From NCBI RefSeq assembly GCF_000737325.1, contig NZ_CP011125.1:9931945-9995944 (forward strand): a stretch of 64,000 nucleotides of DNA, read 5' to 3'. The stretch comes from Sandaracinus amylolyticus (GTDB lineage Bacteria; Myxococcota_A; Polyangia; Polyangiales; Sandaracinaceae). The notes below the pieces were generated by a model. That model was not told the origin of the DNA, made no database searches, and saw only the letters and a program-made list of their open reading frames with translations. The position numbers and the translations under genes are program-made. Positions within the stretch are counted from its first letter, which is position 1; each line of letters begins with the position of its first letter. Shown here in pieces: positions 19,821 to 29,370 of this stretch.

Positions 19821-21611
19821 GTGATGCGCCGCATCTTGCTCGCTTCGCTCGCCTGCCTCGCTGCGCTCGCGCCGAGCGTGGCCGACGCACAGCCGCCGCG
19901 GGTCGTCGAGATCCAGTACGTCCCGGTGCAGCGCGCGCAGATCGCGATGTGGGTCGAAGATCCCGACGGGAACTTCCTGCGCACGCTCGGGCTGACCCAG
20001 GCGACCGCGTACCGCGGCATCGGCAATCGCCCCGGCGCGTCGCAGATGAACAGCGGCTTCCGCTGGCCGTACGGGCGGCGCGAGGGCGTGCTGCCGGTGT
20101 GGGCGCATCGTCGCGCGGCCGCGGAGGGCGCGGAGCGGTTCCGGCGCGTGATCTTCCAGAACCGTCGCAGCGAGGGCGACGCCTCGCGCAGCTCGGCGGA
20201 CTACTCGGAGGACAGCTACTTCTGTCTCTCGTTCCGCAGCGGCGACGAGGGGATCGACGCGGTGTCGTGCGCGAGCACGTTCAACAGCGACAAGGGCCGC
20301 TTCGTCACCGAGCAGGACGTGACGCGCGGCTACTTCGAGCCGTACGAGCTCGCGCCGGGCGAGACGATCGAGCGCGAGCTCGACCTGTGGTCGCTCTATC
20401 CGCCGCGCCGCGACGCGCTGCGCTGCACGTCGGCCGGCTGTTACGACCACCCCGACGTCGCGACGTTCGTCGACGAGGCGCGCCGCGTGATGCCCGAGAT
20501 CGACGCGGTCACGATGGCGACGCCGCCCGGCGAGACGCCGCAGCGGATGATGGTCACCTGGCCAGCCGAGCTGCCCGACGGCGAGTACCGGCTCTTCGTC
20601 GAGGTGAACACCGAGCTCGACTACAACGCGGAGTGGGGCCCGGACGAGTACCCGACGCCGCTCGGCCCCGACAACGAGCCGTTCGGCGACGAGTACTGGG
20701 ACTGGTGGGCGGAGAACAACGGCTTCCCGTACCGCGGTCAGCCCTCGGTCGTGTACGCGGTGTCGTTCCGCGTCGGCGGAGGCGCGGATCGCCAGCAGAC
20801 GGCGGAGCCCGAGGGCTACGGCTCGCTCAGCGGGATCGGCGACGACGCGGGCGAGATGCACACGATGGACGGGTCGATCAGCAACGACCCCGAGAGCGCG
20901 CCGGGGAGCGGCGCGGATCGTCTGCGGCTGCAGGAAGGCACGTGGCGCCTGCGCGTGACGGTGACCGGCCCCGAGGTGTGCGAAGAGAACGTCGCGCCCG
21001 AGGAGATCGGCTCGCTCGAGATCACGCAGTACGAGGAGCGGCGCGACGCGCATCGCTACGCGCAGCTCGCGTTCGAGGTGCCGGGGGACGACCTCGGGAT
21101 CGCCGAGTACCAGGTGCGCGTCGCGACGCATGCGATCGCGAGCGAAGAGGACTTCCAGCGCGCGCTGCCGGCGAACGCGGCGAGCCTGGACAGCGTCGCG
21201 CTGATGGTCCCGACGAACCGCGCGACCGGTGAGACGGTCGAGGTCGACTTCGGCGGGCTCGCGCCGGAGACGCACTACTGGGTCGCGATGCGCGCGGTCG
21301 ACGCGTGCAACGTCGCGGGGCCGATCGTGGTCGCGGAGTACACGACGCCGCCGGTGCAGTTCACGACGGTCTCGCCGTGCTTCGTCGCGACGGCGGCGTA
21401 CGGGTCGCCGCTCGCCGAGGAGATCGGCGCGCTGCGTCGGTTCCGGGATCGTCACCTGCGCACGAACGCGATCGGGCGCGCGCTGGTCGCGGCATACGAG
21501 GCGGTGGGCCCGACGCTCGCCGGCGCGATCCGCGACGACGAGGACGCGCGCTCGGTGGTGCGCACGCTGCTGAGCCCGATCGTGGCGCTCGCGCGCTGGA
21601 TCGACGGGTGA
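19821..21611 (+). CDS. secreted hypothetical protein with a conserved C-terminal CFxATAAYGS...LRxFRD module
   Basis: Signal peptide MMRRILLASLACLAALAPSVADA. Trp/Tyr-rich middle (EYWDWWAENNGFPYRGQ). The C-terminal stretch CFVATAAYGSPLAEEIGALRRFRDRHLRTN resembles, from memory, a C-terminal module found on surface proteins of several phyla. Confidence 0.65.
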   Translation: MMRRILLASLACLAALAPSVADAQPPRVVEIQYVPVQRAQIAMWVEDPDGNFLRTLGLTQATAYRGIGNRPGASQMNSGFRWPYGRREGVLPVWAHRRAAAEGAERFRRVIFQNRRSEGDASRSSADYSEDSYFCLSFRSGDEGIDAVSCASTFNSDKGRFVTEQDVTRGYFEPYELAPGETIERELDLWSLYPPRRDALRCTSAGCYDHPDVATFVDEARRVMPEIDAVTMATPPGETPQRMMVTWPAELPDGEYRLFVEVNTELDYNAEWGPDEYPTPLGPDNEPFGDEYWDWWAENNGFPYRGQPSVVYAVSFRVGGGADRQQTAEPEGYGSLSGIGDDAGEMHTMDGSISNDPESAPGSGADRLRLQEGTWRLRVTVTGPEVCEENVAPEEIGSLEITQYEERRDAHRYAQLAFEVPGDDLGIAEYQVRVATHAIASEEDFQRALPANAASLDSVALMVPTNRATGETVEVDFGGLAPETHYWVAMRAVDACNVAGPIVVAEYTTPPVQFTTVSPCFVATAAYGSPLAEEIGALRRFRDRHLRTNAIGRALVAAYEAVGPTLAGAIRDDEDARSVVRTLLSPIVALARWIDG

Positions 21612-21684
21612 GCGGCGACGAGATCATCGGCTCGCCCGTTTCCCGCGCGCTCGTCCGGGACCTGCGGGACGAGCACTCCTGTGC

Positions 21685-22053
21685 ATGATCGCGATCGACG
21701 ATCGCGATCCGTCGTGTGTGGTGGTGACGTGGCCGGCGCGCCGGGTCGGCGCGCCGGAGCTCGCGCGGTTCGGGGACGAGGTGATCGCGCGGCTGCGCGC
21801 GCGAGGAGGCGCGCCGGTCGCGGTGCTGGTCGACGTGCGGCGCGCGGCGCCGCTCGAGCCTTCGGCGGTGGCGCGGCTGCGCGAGCTCGACGCGCGGGTG
21901 TGCGAAGCGGGCGTGATCACGCGGCGCGCGATCGTGGTGCCGAGCGTGATCGCGGCGCGTGTGCTCGGCGTGATGATCGCCGCGGCGCGGCCGCGGGTGA
22001 CGACGCGCGCGTTCGTGGACCTCGAGCGGGCGCGCGCGTGGCTCGCGCCGTGA
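21685..22053 (+). CDS. hypothetical protein
   Basis: Coding-like GC3, and it fills the gap up to a convergent gene end. No Shine-Dalgarno and no recognisable domain. Confidence 0.4.
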   Translation: MIAIDDRDPSCVVVTWPARRVGAPELARFGDEVIARLRARGGAPVAVLVDVRRAAPLEPSAVARLRELDARVCEAGVITRRAIVVPSVIAARVLGVMIAAARPRVTTRAFVDLERARAWLAP

Positions 22054-22965
22054 TCACGGGCCGATGGTGTCGAGGTGCTGCGCCCACGCGGCGCGCTGGA
22101 AGACGTCGGCCTCGGTCTCGGCGAGGTCGTCGCACACCGTCTCGCAGCTCGTCGTCGGGGCGCGGGTGAGGCCGATCGGGCTCGCGCCGGTGATCGCGGC
22201 GTAGAGCACGAGCCCCGAGACGTAGCTGCCGCGGAAGCCGGGGTGCTGGCGATCGTCGAAGTAGAGATCGATCGCGGGCAGCTCGTCCCAGACGCGCAGC
22301 CACGCGAGCCCACCCGCGGCGACGCGCACGTCGAGCGCGTGGCCGAGCGCGATCTGCGGGTCCGCCTGGGCGTGGAAGCCCGCGTGATCCGGGCGCTCGA
22401 CGTACGGCGTCGCGTAGAGGATCGGCGTGGCGCCCACCTCGCGCGCGAGCTCGACGATGCGCGTCGCGTAGTCCTCGAAGAGCCCGGGGAAGCCGGGGAG
22501 CGACTCCGCGAGATCGATCGACTCCGCGATGACGATCACGTCGTAGTCGCCGCCCGTGATCGTCTCGGGAAGACGCCGTCCGTCGAGGAGCGGCTGCTCC
22601 CAGAGGTCGCGCAGGTTCGCGCCGCCGAGCTCGTAGCGCACGCCCGCGACGCGCGGGCACGCGTCGGGCGCGCTCTCGCTCAGCGACGAGACGAGACGCG
22701 GCAGGTCCCAGAACGCGATCTGGCTGTTGCCGACGAAGAGCGTGCGGATCGGATCACGACCGACCCAGGTGCCGCACGAAGGCGGGTCCGACGCGTCGGG
22801 CCCGACGTGGTGCCCGCCATCGCGCGGGATCACCCGCGCATCGCGTGGTGCGCGCGCGTCCTCCGAGGGCGCGATCACGCCTCCGTCGAGCTCGTCGGTC
22901 GCGCCCGTCTCGCACGCCGCGAGCGCCAGCGCCGCCCACAGCCAACCCGCCCGACGAACGCTCAC
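22054..22965 (-). CDS. SGNH/GDSL-like hydrolase lipoprotein
   Basis: Lipobox ALALAACETG. An LFVGNSQ block in the position of the SGNH block I. The family assignment is tentative. Confidence 0.55.
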   Translation of the reverse strand: MSVRRAGWLWAALALAACETGATDELDGGVIAPSEDARAPRDARVIPRDGGHHVGPDASDPPSCGTWVGRDPIRTLFVGNSQIAFWDLPRLVSSLSESAPDACPRVAGVRYELGGANLRDLWEQPLLDGRRLPETITGGDYDVIVIAESIDLAESLPGFPGLFEDYATRIVELAREVGATPILYATPYVERPDHAGFHAQADPQIALGHALDVRVAAGGLAWLRVWDELPAIDLYFDDRQHPGFRGSYVSGLVLYAAITGASPIGLTRAPTTSCETVCDDLAETEADVFQRAAWAQHLDTIGP

Positions 22966-22995
22966 GCGCAGAGACGTGCTCGCGCCGCCCGGCGA

Positions 22996-24549
22996 TCACA
23001 ACCCCAGGCGACGTCTGCGATCGCGAGAGCGCCACTCGTCGACGCGATCGCGCGGATGCATCGGCCCGTCGAACTCGAGCACGAACGCCGCATCCAGATC
23101 GGTGAGCCCGCGGGTGCGCACGTAGATCGTCTTGCGCGCCCAGGGCAGGAAGAAGAGGCGGAACGGGAAGAAGTTCTTCACCACGACGACGTCGGCCTCG
23201 CGCATCGGAAGGCCCATCGCCTCGTAGAACGACGGACGGATCGCGAGCGTCGGGCCCTCGGTCACGACGAGCCGCACCTTGCCGGCGTCCTTGCGCGAGA
23301 CGTGCGCGGGCGCGTCGAGATCGAGCGCGACACGGCGGCCGAACCCGGGGTCGACACGCTTGCTGCGCACCACCGCGTCGCACGTGATCGGCGCGCCGGC
23401 GCGCGCGGGATCGAGCGCGCCACCGAAGCGCACCGAGACCTCGTCGCCGACGTTCTTCGCGTCCATCGCGCGCACGAGCGCGGGGTCGCGCACCGCCGCG
23501 TAGCAGACCATACCCTCGCCGCGCTCCAGCAGGGCGCGGATGAGGTGGGTCGAGTCGCCGCTCGAGCCCGCGCTCACCACGTCGGACGCGTCGGACATCA
23601 CGACCACGCCGAGCTTGCGCGCCCAGGTCGCGCGCTTCGCGTCGTCGACTGCTTGCTCCGCGCTCGCGAAGTCCGGCGTGCGCACGTCGCGCACCGCCCA
23701 GCACGCCTCGGCGAGCTCGTCGGCGAGCGACTCGGCGAGCGCAGGATCGCCGTCGGTGATCGCGAGCGTGCTCCACCCGAGATCGCGCGCGTCGTTCCAC
23801 GGGTGGCACATCATCACGCTCGCGGAGAGCACGCCGCGCTGCTTCTCCATCGCGCGTGCCCGCGCGAAGATCGCGCGCATCGGCGCGAGCAGATCGATCT
23901 CGGCGCCGCCTCCGAGCAGCATCGGCAGCGAGCGCCACGCGAGGCGCGGATCGACCTCGCCACGCAGCGCGCGGATCAGGATCGACGCGGCGAGCCCGCC
24001 GGTGCGCCCGTGATCGCGATGGGGGTTCGTCGCGTAGGGCACGATGATCTCGCTCGCCTCCGCCATCGTGCGCGAGAGGTTCGCGTGCAGATCGAGCGTG
24101 ACCGCGACGCGCCCGCCGCTCGCTTCCTTCGCGAGCTGGGTGAGGCGCGCGTCGGGGTTGTCGATGCCGTCGACGCCCATCGCGCCGTGCAGCACGAGCA
24201 CGACCCCGTCGAGGTCGCGCGCGCGCCGCAGCCCGTCGTCGAGGCGTCCTGCGAGCTCCTCGAAGCACGCCTTGGTCAGCGGCCCACCGGGCACGGCCCA
24301 CGCGCTGAAGAGCGGCACCGGCTCGACGTCGCCCGCCTTGCGCATCGCGCGCACCGCGCCGCTCAGCTCGGCCCACGGCAGGAACCCCGGCGCCTCGTTG
24401 CCGAGCACGCCGCAGCGCGCGAGCAGATCGTCGCCCTCGAGGAAGTGCTGGGCGCGGAAGTCGTCGATCGTGGTGCGCAGCGGCGAGAGCGCGTTCGTCT
24501 CCTGCGCGATGCGCGCGATGGCGATGCGGAGTGGCTTCTTGGTGGGCAC
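22996..24549 (-). CDS. M81-family (MlrC-like) metallopeptidase
   Basis: KPLRIAIARIAQETNALSP matches the characteristic N-terminus of MlrC/M81 proteins. A GTG start at 24549 fits (MPTKKPLRIAIA...). The upstream part of the 553-aa ORF looks non-coding. Confidence 0.7.
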   Translation of the reverse strand: MPTKKPLRIAIARIAQETNALSPLRTTIDDFRAQHFLEGDDLLARCGVLGNEAPGFLPWAELSGAVRAMRKAGDVEPVPLFSAWAVPGGPLTKACFEELAGRLDDGLRRARDLDGVVLVLHGAMGVDGIDNPDARLTQLAKEASGGRVAVTLDLHANLSRTMAEASEIIVPYATNPHRDHGRTGGLAASILIRALRGEVDPRLAWRSLPMLLGGGAEIDLLAPMRAIFARARAMEKQRGVLSASVMMCHPWNDARDLGWSTLAITDGDPALAESLADELAEACWAVRDVRTPDFASAEQAVDDAKRATWARKLGVVVMSDASDVVSAGSSGDSTHLIRALLERGEGMVCYAAVRDPALVRAMDAKNVGDEVSVRFGGALDPARAGAPITCDAVVRSKRVDPGFGRRVALDLDAPAHVSRKDAGKVRLVVTEGPTLAIRPSFYEAMGLPMREADVVVVKNFFPFRLFFLPWARKTIYVRTRGLTDLDAAFVLEFDGPMHPRDRVDEWRSRDRRRRLGL

Positions 24550-24589
24550 GTCGCGCGGCAGCGTATCGCATCGTGTAGATTGCGCGCCG

Positions 24590-26080
24590 ATGCCGCTCAC
24601 GATCCCCTCGCGTGGCCTCGGCGAGAACGAAGTGCTCCGCGCGCTCGACGAGCTCAAGCGCGACGACGCCGACTACGAGCAGGGCCGCACCTTCAGCCTC
24701 GTCTACTACGCGGGCCCCGAGCACCAACGGCTCATCGAGAAGGCCTACACGAAGTTCGCCGCGACGAACGCGCTGAACCCGATGGCGTTCTCGTCGCTGC
24801 GCCGCATGGAGGCCGAGGTCGTGCGCATGACCGCGGACATGCTGCACGGCGGTCGCGACGTCGTCGGCACGATGACGAGCGGCGGGACCGAGTCGATCCT
24901 GCTCTCGGTGAAGACCGCGCGCGATCGCGCGCGCGCGCTCAAGCCGAAGATCGTGAAGCCCAACATCGTCGCGCCCGAGACGATCCACGTCGCGTTCGAC
25001 AAGGCCGCGCAGTACTTCGGGCTCGAGATGCGCTACGCGCGGCTCGACCGCGATCTGCGCGCCGACGTGAAGGACATGGCGAGCCTCGTCGACGCGAGCA
25101 CGGTGCTGATCGCGGCGAGCGCGCCGCAGTACCCGCACGGCGTGGTCGATCCGATCGAGGAGATCGGTGCGCTCGCGGAGCGCAAGAAGATCGCGTTCCA
25201 CGTCGACGCGTGTGTCGGTGGGTTCCTGCTGCCGTGGGTCGAGCGCCTCGGGTATCCGATCCCGCCGTGGGACTTCCGCGTGCGCGGCGTGACGTCGATC
25301 AGCGCCGACGTGCACAAGTACGGCTTCGCCTCGAAGGGAGCGAGCACGATCCTCTATCGCGACATGGACTTCTTGCGGCACCAGTTCTTCGTCTCGACGG
25401 ACTGGCCGGGCGGCATCTACGCGTCGCCGTCGATCCCGGGCACGCGCTCGGGCGGCGCGATCGCGGCGGCGTGGGCGTCGCTGGTCGCGATGGGCGAGAG
25501 CGGGTTCCTCGATCACACGCGCCGCGCGATGAGCGCGTCGCGCGCGCTGATCGCGGGCATCGAGCAGATCCCCGAGCTCGAGGTGATGGGCCGCCCCGAC
25601 GCGACGATCGTGTCGTGGCGCAGCCGGAAGACCTCGGGGCTCGACGTGTACACGCTGGCGGATCGTCTCGAGGACCGCGACTGGAACGTCGATCGCCAGC
25701 AGAACCCGCCCTGCATCCACTGCACGGTCACCTCGAACCACGAGGGCGTCGTCGAGGAGTACCTGCGCGACGTGCGCGAGGCGGTGCAGTTCGTGAAGTC
25801 GCACCCCGAGCTGCAGTCGCGCGGGAACGCCGCGATGTACGGGATGATGGCGAAGGTGCCGTTCCGCGGGATGGTGAAGAAGAGCGTGCTCGAGGTGATG
25901 GAGAAGATGTACGGGCCCGACGCGGCGCGGCCCGACCTCGACATGCTGGGCGGTGGCGAGGACGAGAGCGTCGTGATGAAGCTCGTGAAGAGCTACGGCG
26001 ATCGCGCGCTCGGCGTGCTCGATCGCCTGAACGACGTGCGCGATCGCTTCCGTCTCACGAAGAAGCGCCGTACCCAGTAG
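24590..26080 (+). CDS. PLP-dependent group-II decarboxylase-fold enzyme, sphingosine-1-phosphate-lyase-like
   Basis: SGGTESILL, the PLP-Lys context HKYGFASKGAS and the overall length match the S1P-lyase/glutamate-decarboxylase family. The start is the ATG at 24590. Confidence 0.8.
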   Translation: MPLTIPSRGLGENEVLRALDELKRDDADYEQGRTFSLVYYAGPEHQRLIEKAYTKFAATNALNPMAFSSLRRMEAEVVRMTADMLHGGRDVVGTMTSGGTESILLSVKTARDRARALKPKIVKPNIVAPETIHVAFDKAAQYFGLEMRYARLDRDLRADVKDMASLVDASTVLIAASAPQYPHGVVDPIEEIGALAERKKIAFHVDACVGGFLLPWVERLGYPIPPWDFRVRGVTSISADVHKYGFASKGASTILYRDMDFLRHQFFVSTDWPGGIYASPSIPGTRSGGAIAAAWASLVAMGESGFLDHTRRAMSASRALIAGIEQIPELEVMGRPDATIVSWRSRKTSGLDVYTLADRLEDRDWNVDRQQNPPCIHCTVTSNHEGVVEEYLRDVREAVQFVKSHPELQSRGNAAMYGMMAKVPFRGMVKKSVLEVMEKMYGPDAARPDLDMLGGGEDESVVMKLVKSYGDRALGVLDRLNDVRDRFRLTKKRRTQ

Positions 26081-26084
26081 CGCG

Positions 26085-27086
26085 TCAGTCCGCGACGCAG
26101 ATCACGCTGCGCGTCGCGCACTCGCCGTCGCCCGAGCGCTGGAGGCCGGATGCGATCTCGAGCGCGCGTGTCTGCGCGGGGCACGCGCAGTCCTCGCCGG
26201 TCGCGCACGACGTCGCGCCTTCGCAGCGCAGCTCGGTGTACGCCGACGCGATCGTCGCGCCGGGCTCGGGCGCGCTCGCGAGGCAGAACACGATCCGGGT
26301 GCGGCGATCGATGTCGTTGCGGCCGATCCAGCTGCGGCTCGGCGTGAAGCCCTCGGGGCACGCACACTCGCCGGTGTCGCCGTTGGGCTCGAGGCAGCGA
26401 CGGCTCGGCTCCTCTTCGACGACGTAGGCCCCGCCGTACGAGCCGCTCTCGGGCGTCGTCGCAGCCTCGCAGAGACCGAGGATCGCGTGCACGCGCGGGT
26501 CCTCGCGATCGACGCGCCATCGCACCTCGAGCGCGGAGAACGGGCCGCAATTGCACGCGCCGGTCAGCGGGTTCTCGTCGACGCAGGTCCCGTCACCGCG
26601 CCGCACGTACGCGCCGCCGAACGCGCTGCAGCGCTGCGAGGTGCCCACGGTGACCGGCTCGAAGCCCGCTTCGCACGACACGCCGCAGGAGCCTTCGTCG
26701 CAGCTCGCTTCGCCGTGCGCGGGAGGCGCTTCGCAGGCGGTGCAGTCGCTCGTCGATGCGTCGAGGCCAGCATCGTCGTGCCCGCCATCGTCGAGTCCGG
26801 CATCGTCGAGTCCGGCATCGTCGAGTCCGGCATCGTCGAGTCCGCCGTCGTGATCGTCGACGCCTCCTTCGGGCCCGCCGGCGTCGTCGACGTAGAGCCC
26901 ACCGTCGACCCAGTCGCCGAGAGGAAGACAGCGATAGCTCAGCCGATGTCGCGCGCGACCTTCGTCGCAGGCGCATCGGTTCGCGCCGGCGTTCCACGAC
27001 GAGCCCTCCGGGCAATTCGGGTCGCCGACGCAGGCGCTGGAGAGGACGGAGAAGAGAAGCGCGGAGCAGAAGAGGAAGCGGTGCAT
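26085..27086 (-). CDS. Cys-rich secreted protein with five DDAGL repeats
   Basis: Signal peptide MHRFLFCSALLFSVLSSAC. Many paired cysteines. 15-bp in-frame repeats encode GLDDA. Confidence 0.55.
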   Translation of the reverse strand: MHRFLFCSALLFSVLSSACVGDPNCPEGSSWNAGANRCACDEGRARHRLSYRCLPLGDWVDGGLYVDDAGGPEGGVDDHDGGLDDAGLDDAGLDDAGLDDGGHDDAGLDASTSDCTACEAPPAHGEASCDEGSCGVSCEAGFEPVTVGTSQRCSAFGGAYVRRGDGTCVDENPLTGACNCGPFSALEVRWRVDREDPRVHAILGLCEAATTPESGSYGGAYVVEEEPSRRCLEPNGDTGECACPEGFTPSRSWIGRNDIDRRTRIVFCLASAPEPGATIASAYTELRCEGATSCATGEDCACPAQTRALEIASGLQRSGDGECATRSVICVAD

Positions 27087-27173
27087 GCGTGATGATCTCG
27101 GGTTGCGAACCGAGACCTCGCGCGCCCGCATTCCCTTGGGCGACGCGCGATGTTCGCGTTCAGCGCAGCGCGA

Positions 27174-28268
27174 TCATTCGATGGCTTCGAGCAGCGCGTC
27201 CGCGATCGCGTCCGACTCTTCGGGGCGGAACCGCGCGTTCTGCTCGAGGTGCAGGAAGCGCCCGCTCGCGCTCCCCGCGGCGTCGACGCACGCGTCGGGC
27301 GCGCCGTTCAGATGGCGGCCTTGCGCGTCCGTCGTCCCGCACAGGCGCGCGTCGCGCGGCACGTCGGGATCGCCGAAGTCGTTGCACGTGGTGATCGACT
27401 CGGTCGGGAAGCGTGCGTGCAGCGCGCGCGCGAAGCGTGCGACCGCGCTCGTCTCGCCGGTGTCGCGCGACGTTCCGTCGGACACGCTGATCCCGGCCTC
27501 GCTCATTCCGTGCACGCCGACGACGAGCGCGGTGGGGTACGCGGCCGCGAGCGCGACGTGCGCCGCGTGGAAGATCGAGTCCGTCGCGTGCGCCATGTCC
27601 GACTCGCGCACCGGCGCGTCGGGGCCACATGCGTCCGCGGTTCCGTCGCAGCCCGATGCGCGATCGCTGCCGCAGCGATGGGTGCCCGCGACGAGCACCG
27701 CGCGCGCGCCGGTGCGCGCGAAGATCGCGGCGCTCTCGGCTTCGGTGTCCGCATCCCAGATCGGGTGCGGCGCTTCGAGGATCAGCGGGCGCGCGTCGTC
27801 ACGCGTGTCGATCACGAGCGTCGCGTGCCCGGTCTCCGGCGCGCTCGGTCGCAGCACGACGAGCTCGGCTTCGTCTCCTTCGCCGCGGCACAGCACGTAG
27901 CTCGCCGCGCTCGCCGCGCTCCGCGCGTCGTCGAAGCGCGCCTCGGCGATCGCGGTGACCGCGTCGCCGATCGCATCGCGCGCGGCCGAGGTCGGCGCGC
28001 GGTAGTCGTCGGTGTCGCGCGCGATCGGCGCGATGCGCTCGAGCTCGAGCCACACGCGCGCGCCGTCCTCGCACACGTCGAGCGGAGCGTCGTCCGCCGG
28101 TGCGTCGATCGTCGGCGCGTCGCTCGTCGCGGCGTCGCGCACGCTCGCGTCGAGATGCGCGGCATCGAGCGCGCTCGCGTCGCGGCTCGTCGCGGCATCG
28201 AGCGCGCCCTCGCTCTCTCCGCACCCGACGATCAGCACGATCAGGCCGAGCCGCGCGACGCGCCTCAC
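27174..28268 (-). CDS. hypothetical lipoprotein
   Basis: GTG start giving VRRVARLGLIVLIVGCGES (lipobox). The N-terminal region is Asp/Ala-rich and the remainder looks globular. The track ORF extends upstream in a shadow frame. Confidence 0.5.
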   Translation of the reverse strand: MRRVARLGLIVLIVGCGESEGALDAATSRDASALDAAHLDASVRDAATSDAPTIDAPADDAPLDVCEDGARVWLELERIAPIARDTDDYRAPTSAARDAIGDAVTAIAEARFDDARSAASAASYVLCRGEGDEAELVVLRPSAPETGHATLVIDTRDDARPLILEAPHPIWDADTEAESAAIFARTGARAVLVAGTHRCGSDRASGCDGTADACGPDAPVRESDMAHATDSIFHAAHVALAAAYPTALVVGVHGMSEAGISVSDGTSRDTGETSAVARFARALHARFPTESITTCNDFGDPDVPRDARLCGTTDAQGRHLNGAPDACVDAAGSASGRFLHLEQNARFRPEESDAIADALLEAIE

Positions 28269-29353
28269 TCGACCACCACCAGCACGCCGATCATCGGGCC
28301 CCCGAGCTCGACGGCGCGCTGCGACGAGTCGAACGGCTGCAGCACCAGGTGGTCGTAGCCCGCGAAGATCTCGACCGAGTCGATGCGCACGCCGAGCGAC
28401 GCACGCGCCTGCGCCGAGAACGTCTCGCCGATCGTGCCGAACGAGCCCTCGAGCCCGAGCACGACCGACTCGTACACGTCCACGTCGACCCCGAGGATCG
28501 CATCCACGCCGAATTGCGGCCCGATCCAGTCCTGGAAGTGACGCACCGCGAGCGCGATGCGCAGCTGCGCGACCTCCTCGTCGATCAAGCGCGCGCCGAT
28601 GCCGAGCCGTCCGATCGCGAGCGCGTCGAAGCCCGCGTCGCGCGGCTCGAGGTACCCCGAGTACCCGAGCAGCACGTCGATCCGGTACGGCAGCGACACG
28701 CGCCCCGAGACCGTCACGCGCGCGACGTCGTCGAACACGTAGCCCGCGTCCGCCGAGATCACGCCCTGCACCTCGGGCCGCACGGTCACGACCTCTTCCT
28801 CTCCGACCGCCACGAGCGTGCCCTGCGGCGTGCCCGCGGGCGGCGGCTGATCGGGCACGGCGCGCGGCGGCGGGACGATCGGCGACACCAACCGCACGCC
28901 CGCCGAGCCGCCGTACATCGGATCGCGCGGCGGCTCGGCCTCGGCCGCGGGCGGCTGCACGATCACGGTGGTCGTCGTCGTGGTCGTCGTCGTGACCGGC
29001 GGCGTCCACGTCGTGCCACCCCAAGGCCGCCACACGCGGTGCGGCGGACGTTCGCGCGTCTGCGGCGGAGGGCTCTCCCGTGGCTGCGGATCGGGCACGT
29101 CGGGGCGGTCGTAGCCGCCCCCGAGCGGCGGCCGGACCACGCCGCCCCCGCCACCACCGCGATCCGGCGGGGGCGGTCGCGACGCCGCGCCGCCTCCGCT
29201 CGATCCGCCTCCGTCGACCACAACGCTCGCCGGCTCGCGCCCGCGCACCGCGTCCGAGCTGCGCTGCAGCAGCTGCGCGTGCACCGCGGCTGGGTCGGCG
29301 CCGAGCAGCGCGAACGTGATCCCGATCCCCGCTACGACCGTCTTGCCCCGCAT
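28265..29353 (-). CDS. secreted Pro/Gly/Thr-rich protein with a C-terminal beta-rich domain
   Basis: Signal peptide MRGKTVVAGIGITFALLGADPAAVHAQ. An eight-Thr run. A 4-nt overlap (GTGA) with the downstream lipoprotein gene start. Confidence 0.55.
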   Translation of the reverse strand: MRGKTVVAGIGITFALLGADPAAVHAQLLQRSSDAVRGREPASVVVDGGGSSGGGAASRPPPPDRGGGGGGVVRPPLGGGYDRPDVPDPQPRESPPPQTRERPPHRVWRPWGGTTWTPPVTTTTTTTTTVIVQPPAAEAEPPRDPMYGGSAGVRLVSPIVPPPRAVPDQPPPAGTPQGTLVAVGEEEVVTVRPEVQGVISADAGYVFDDVARVTVSGRVSLPYRIDVLLGYSGYLEPRDAGFDALAIGRLGIGARLIDEEVAQLRIALAVRHFQDWIGPQFGVDAILGVDVDVYESVVLGLEGSFGTIGETFSAQARASLGVRIDSVEIFAGYDHLVLQPFDSSQRAVELGGPMIGVLVVVE

Positions 29354-29370
29354 GCGCGAAGCATGTCCGA

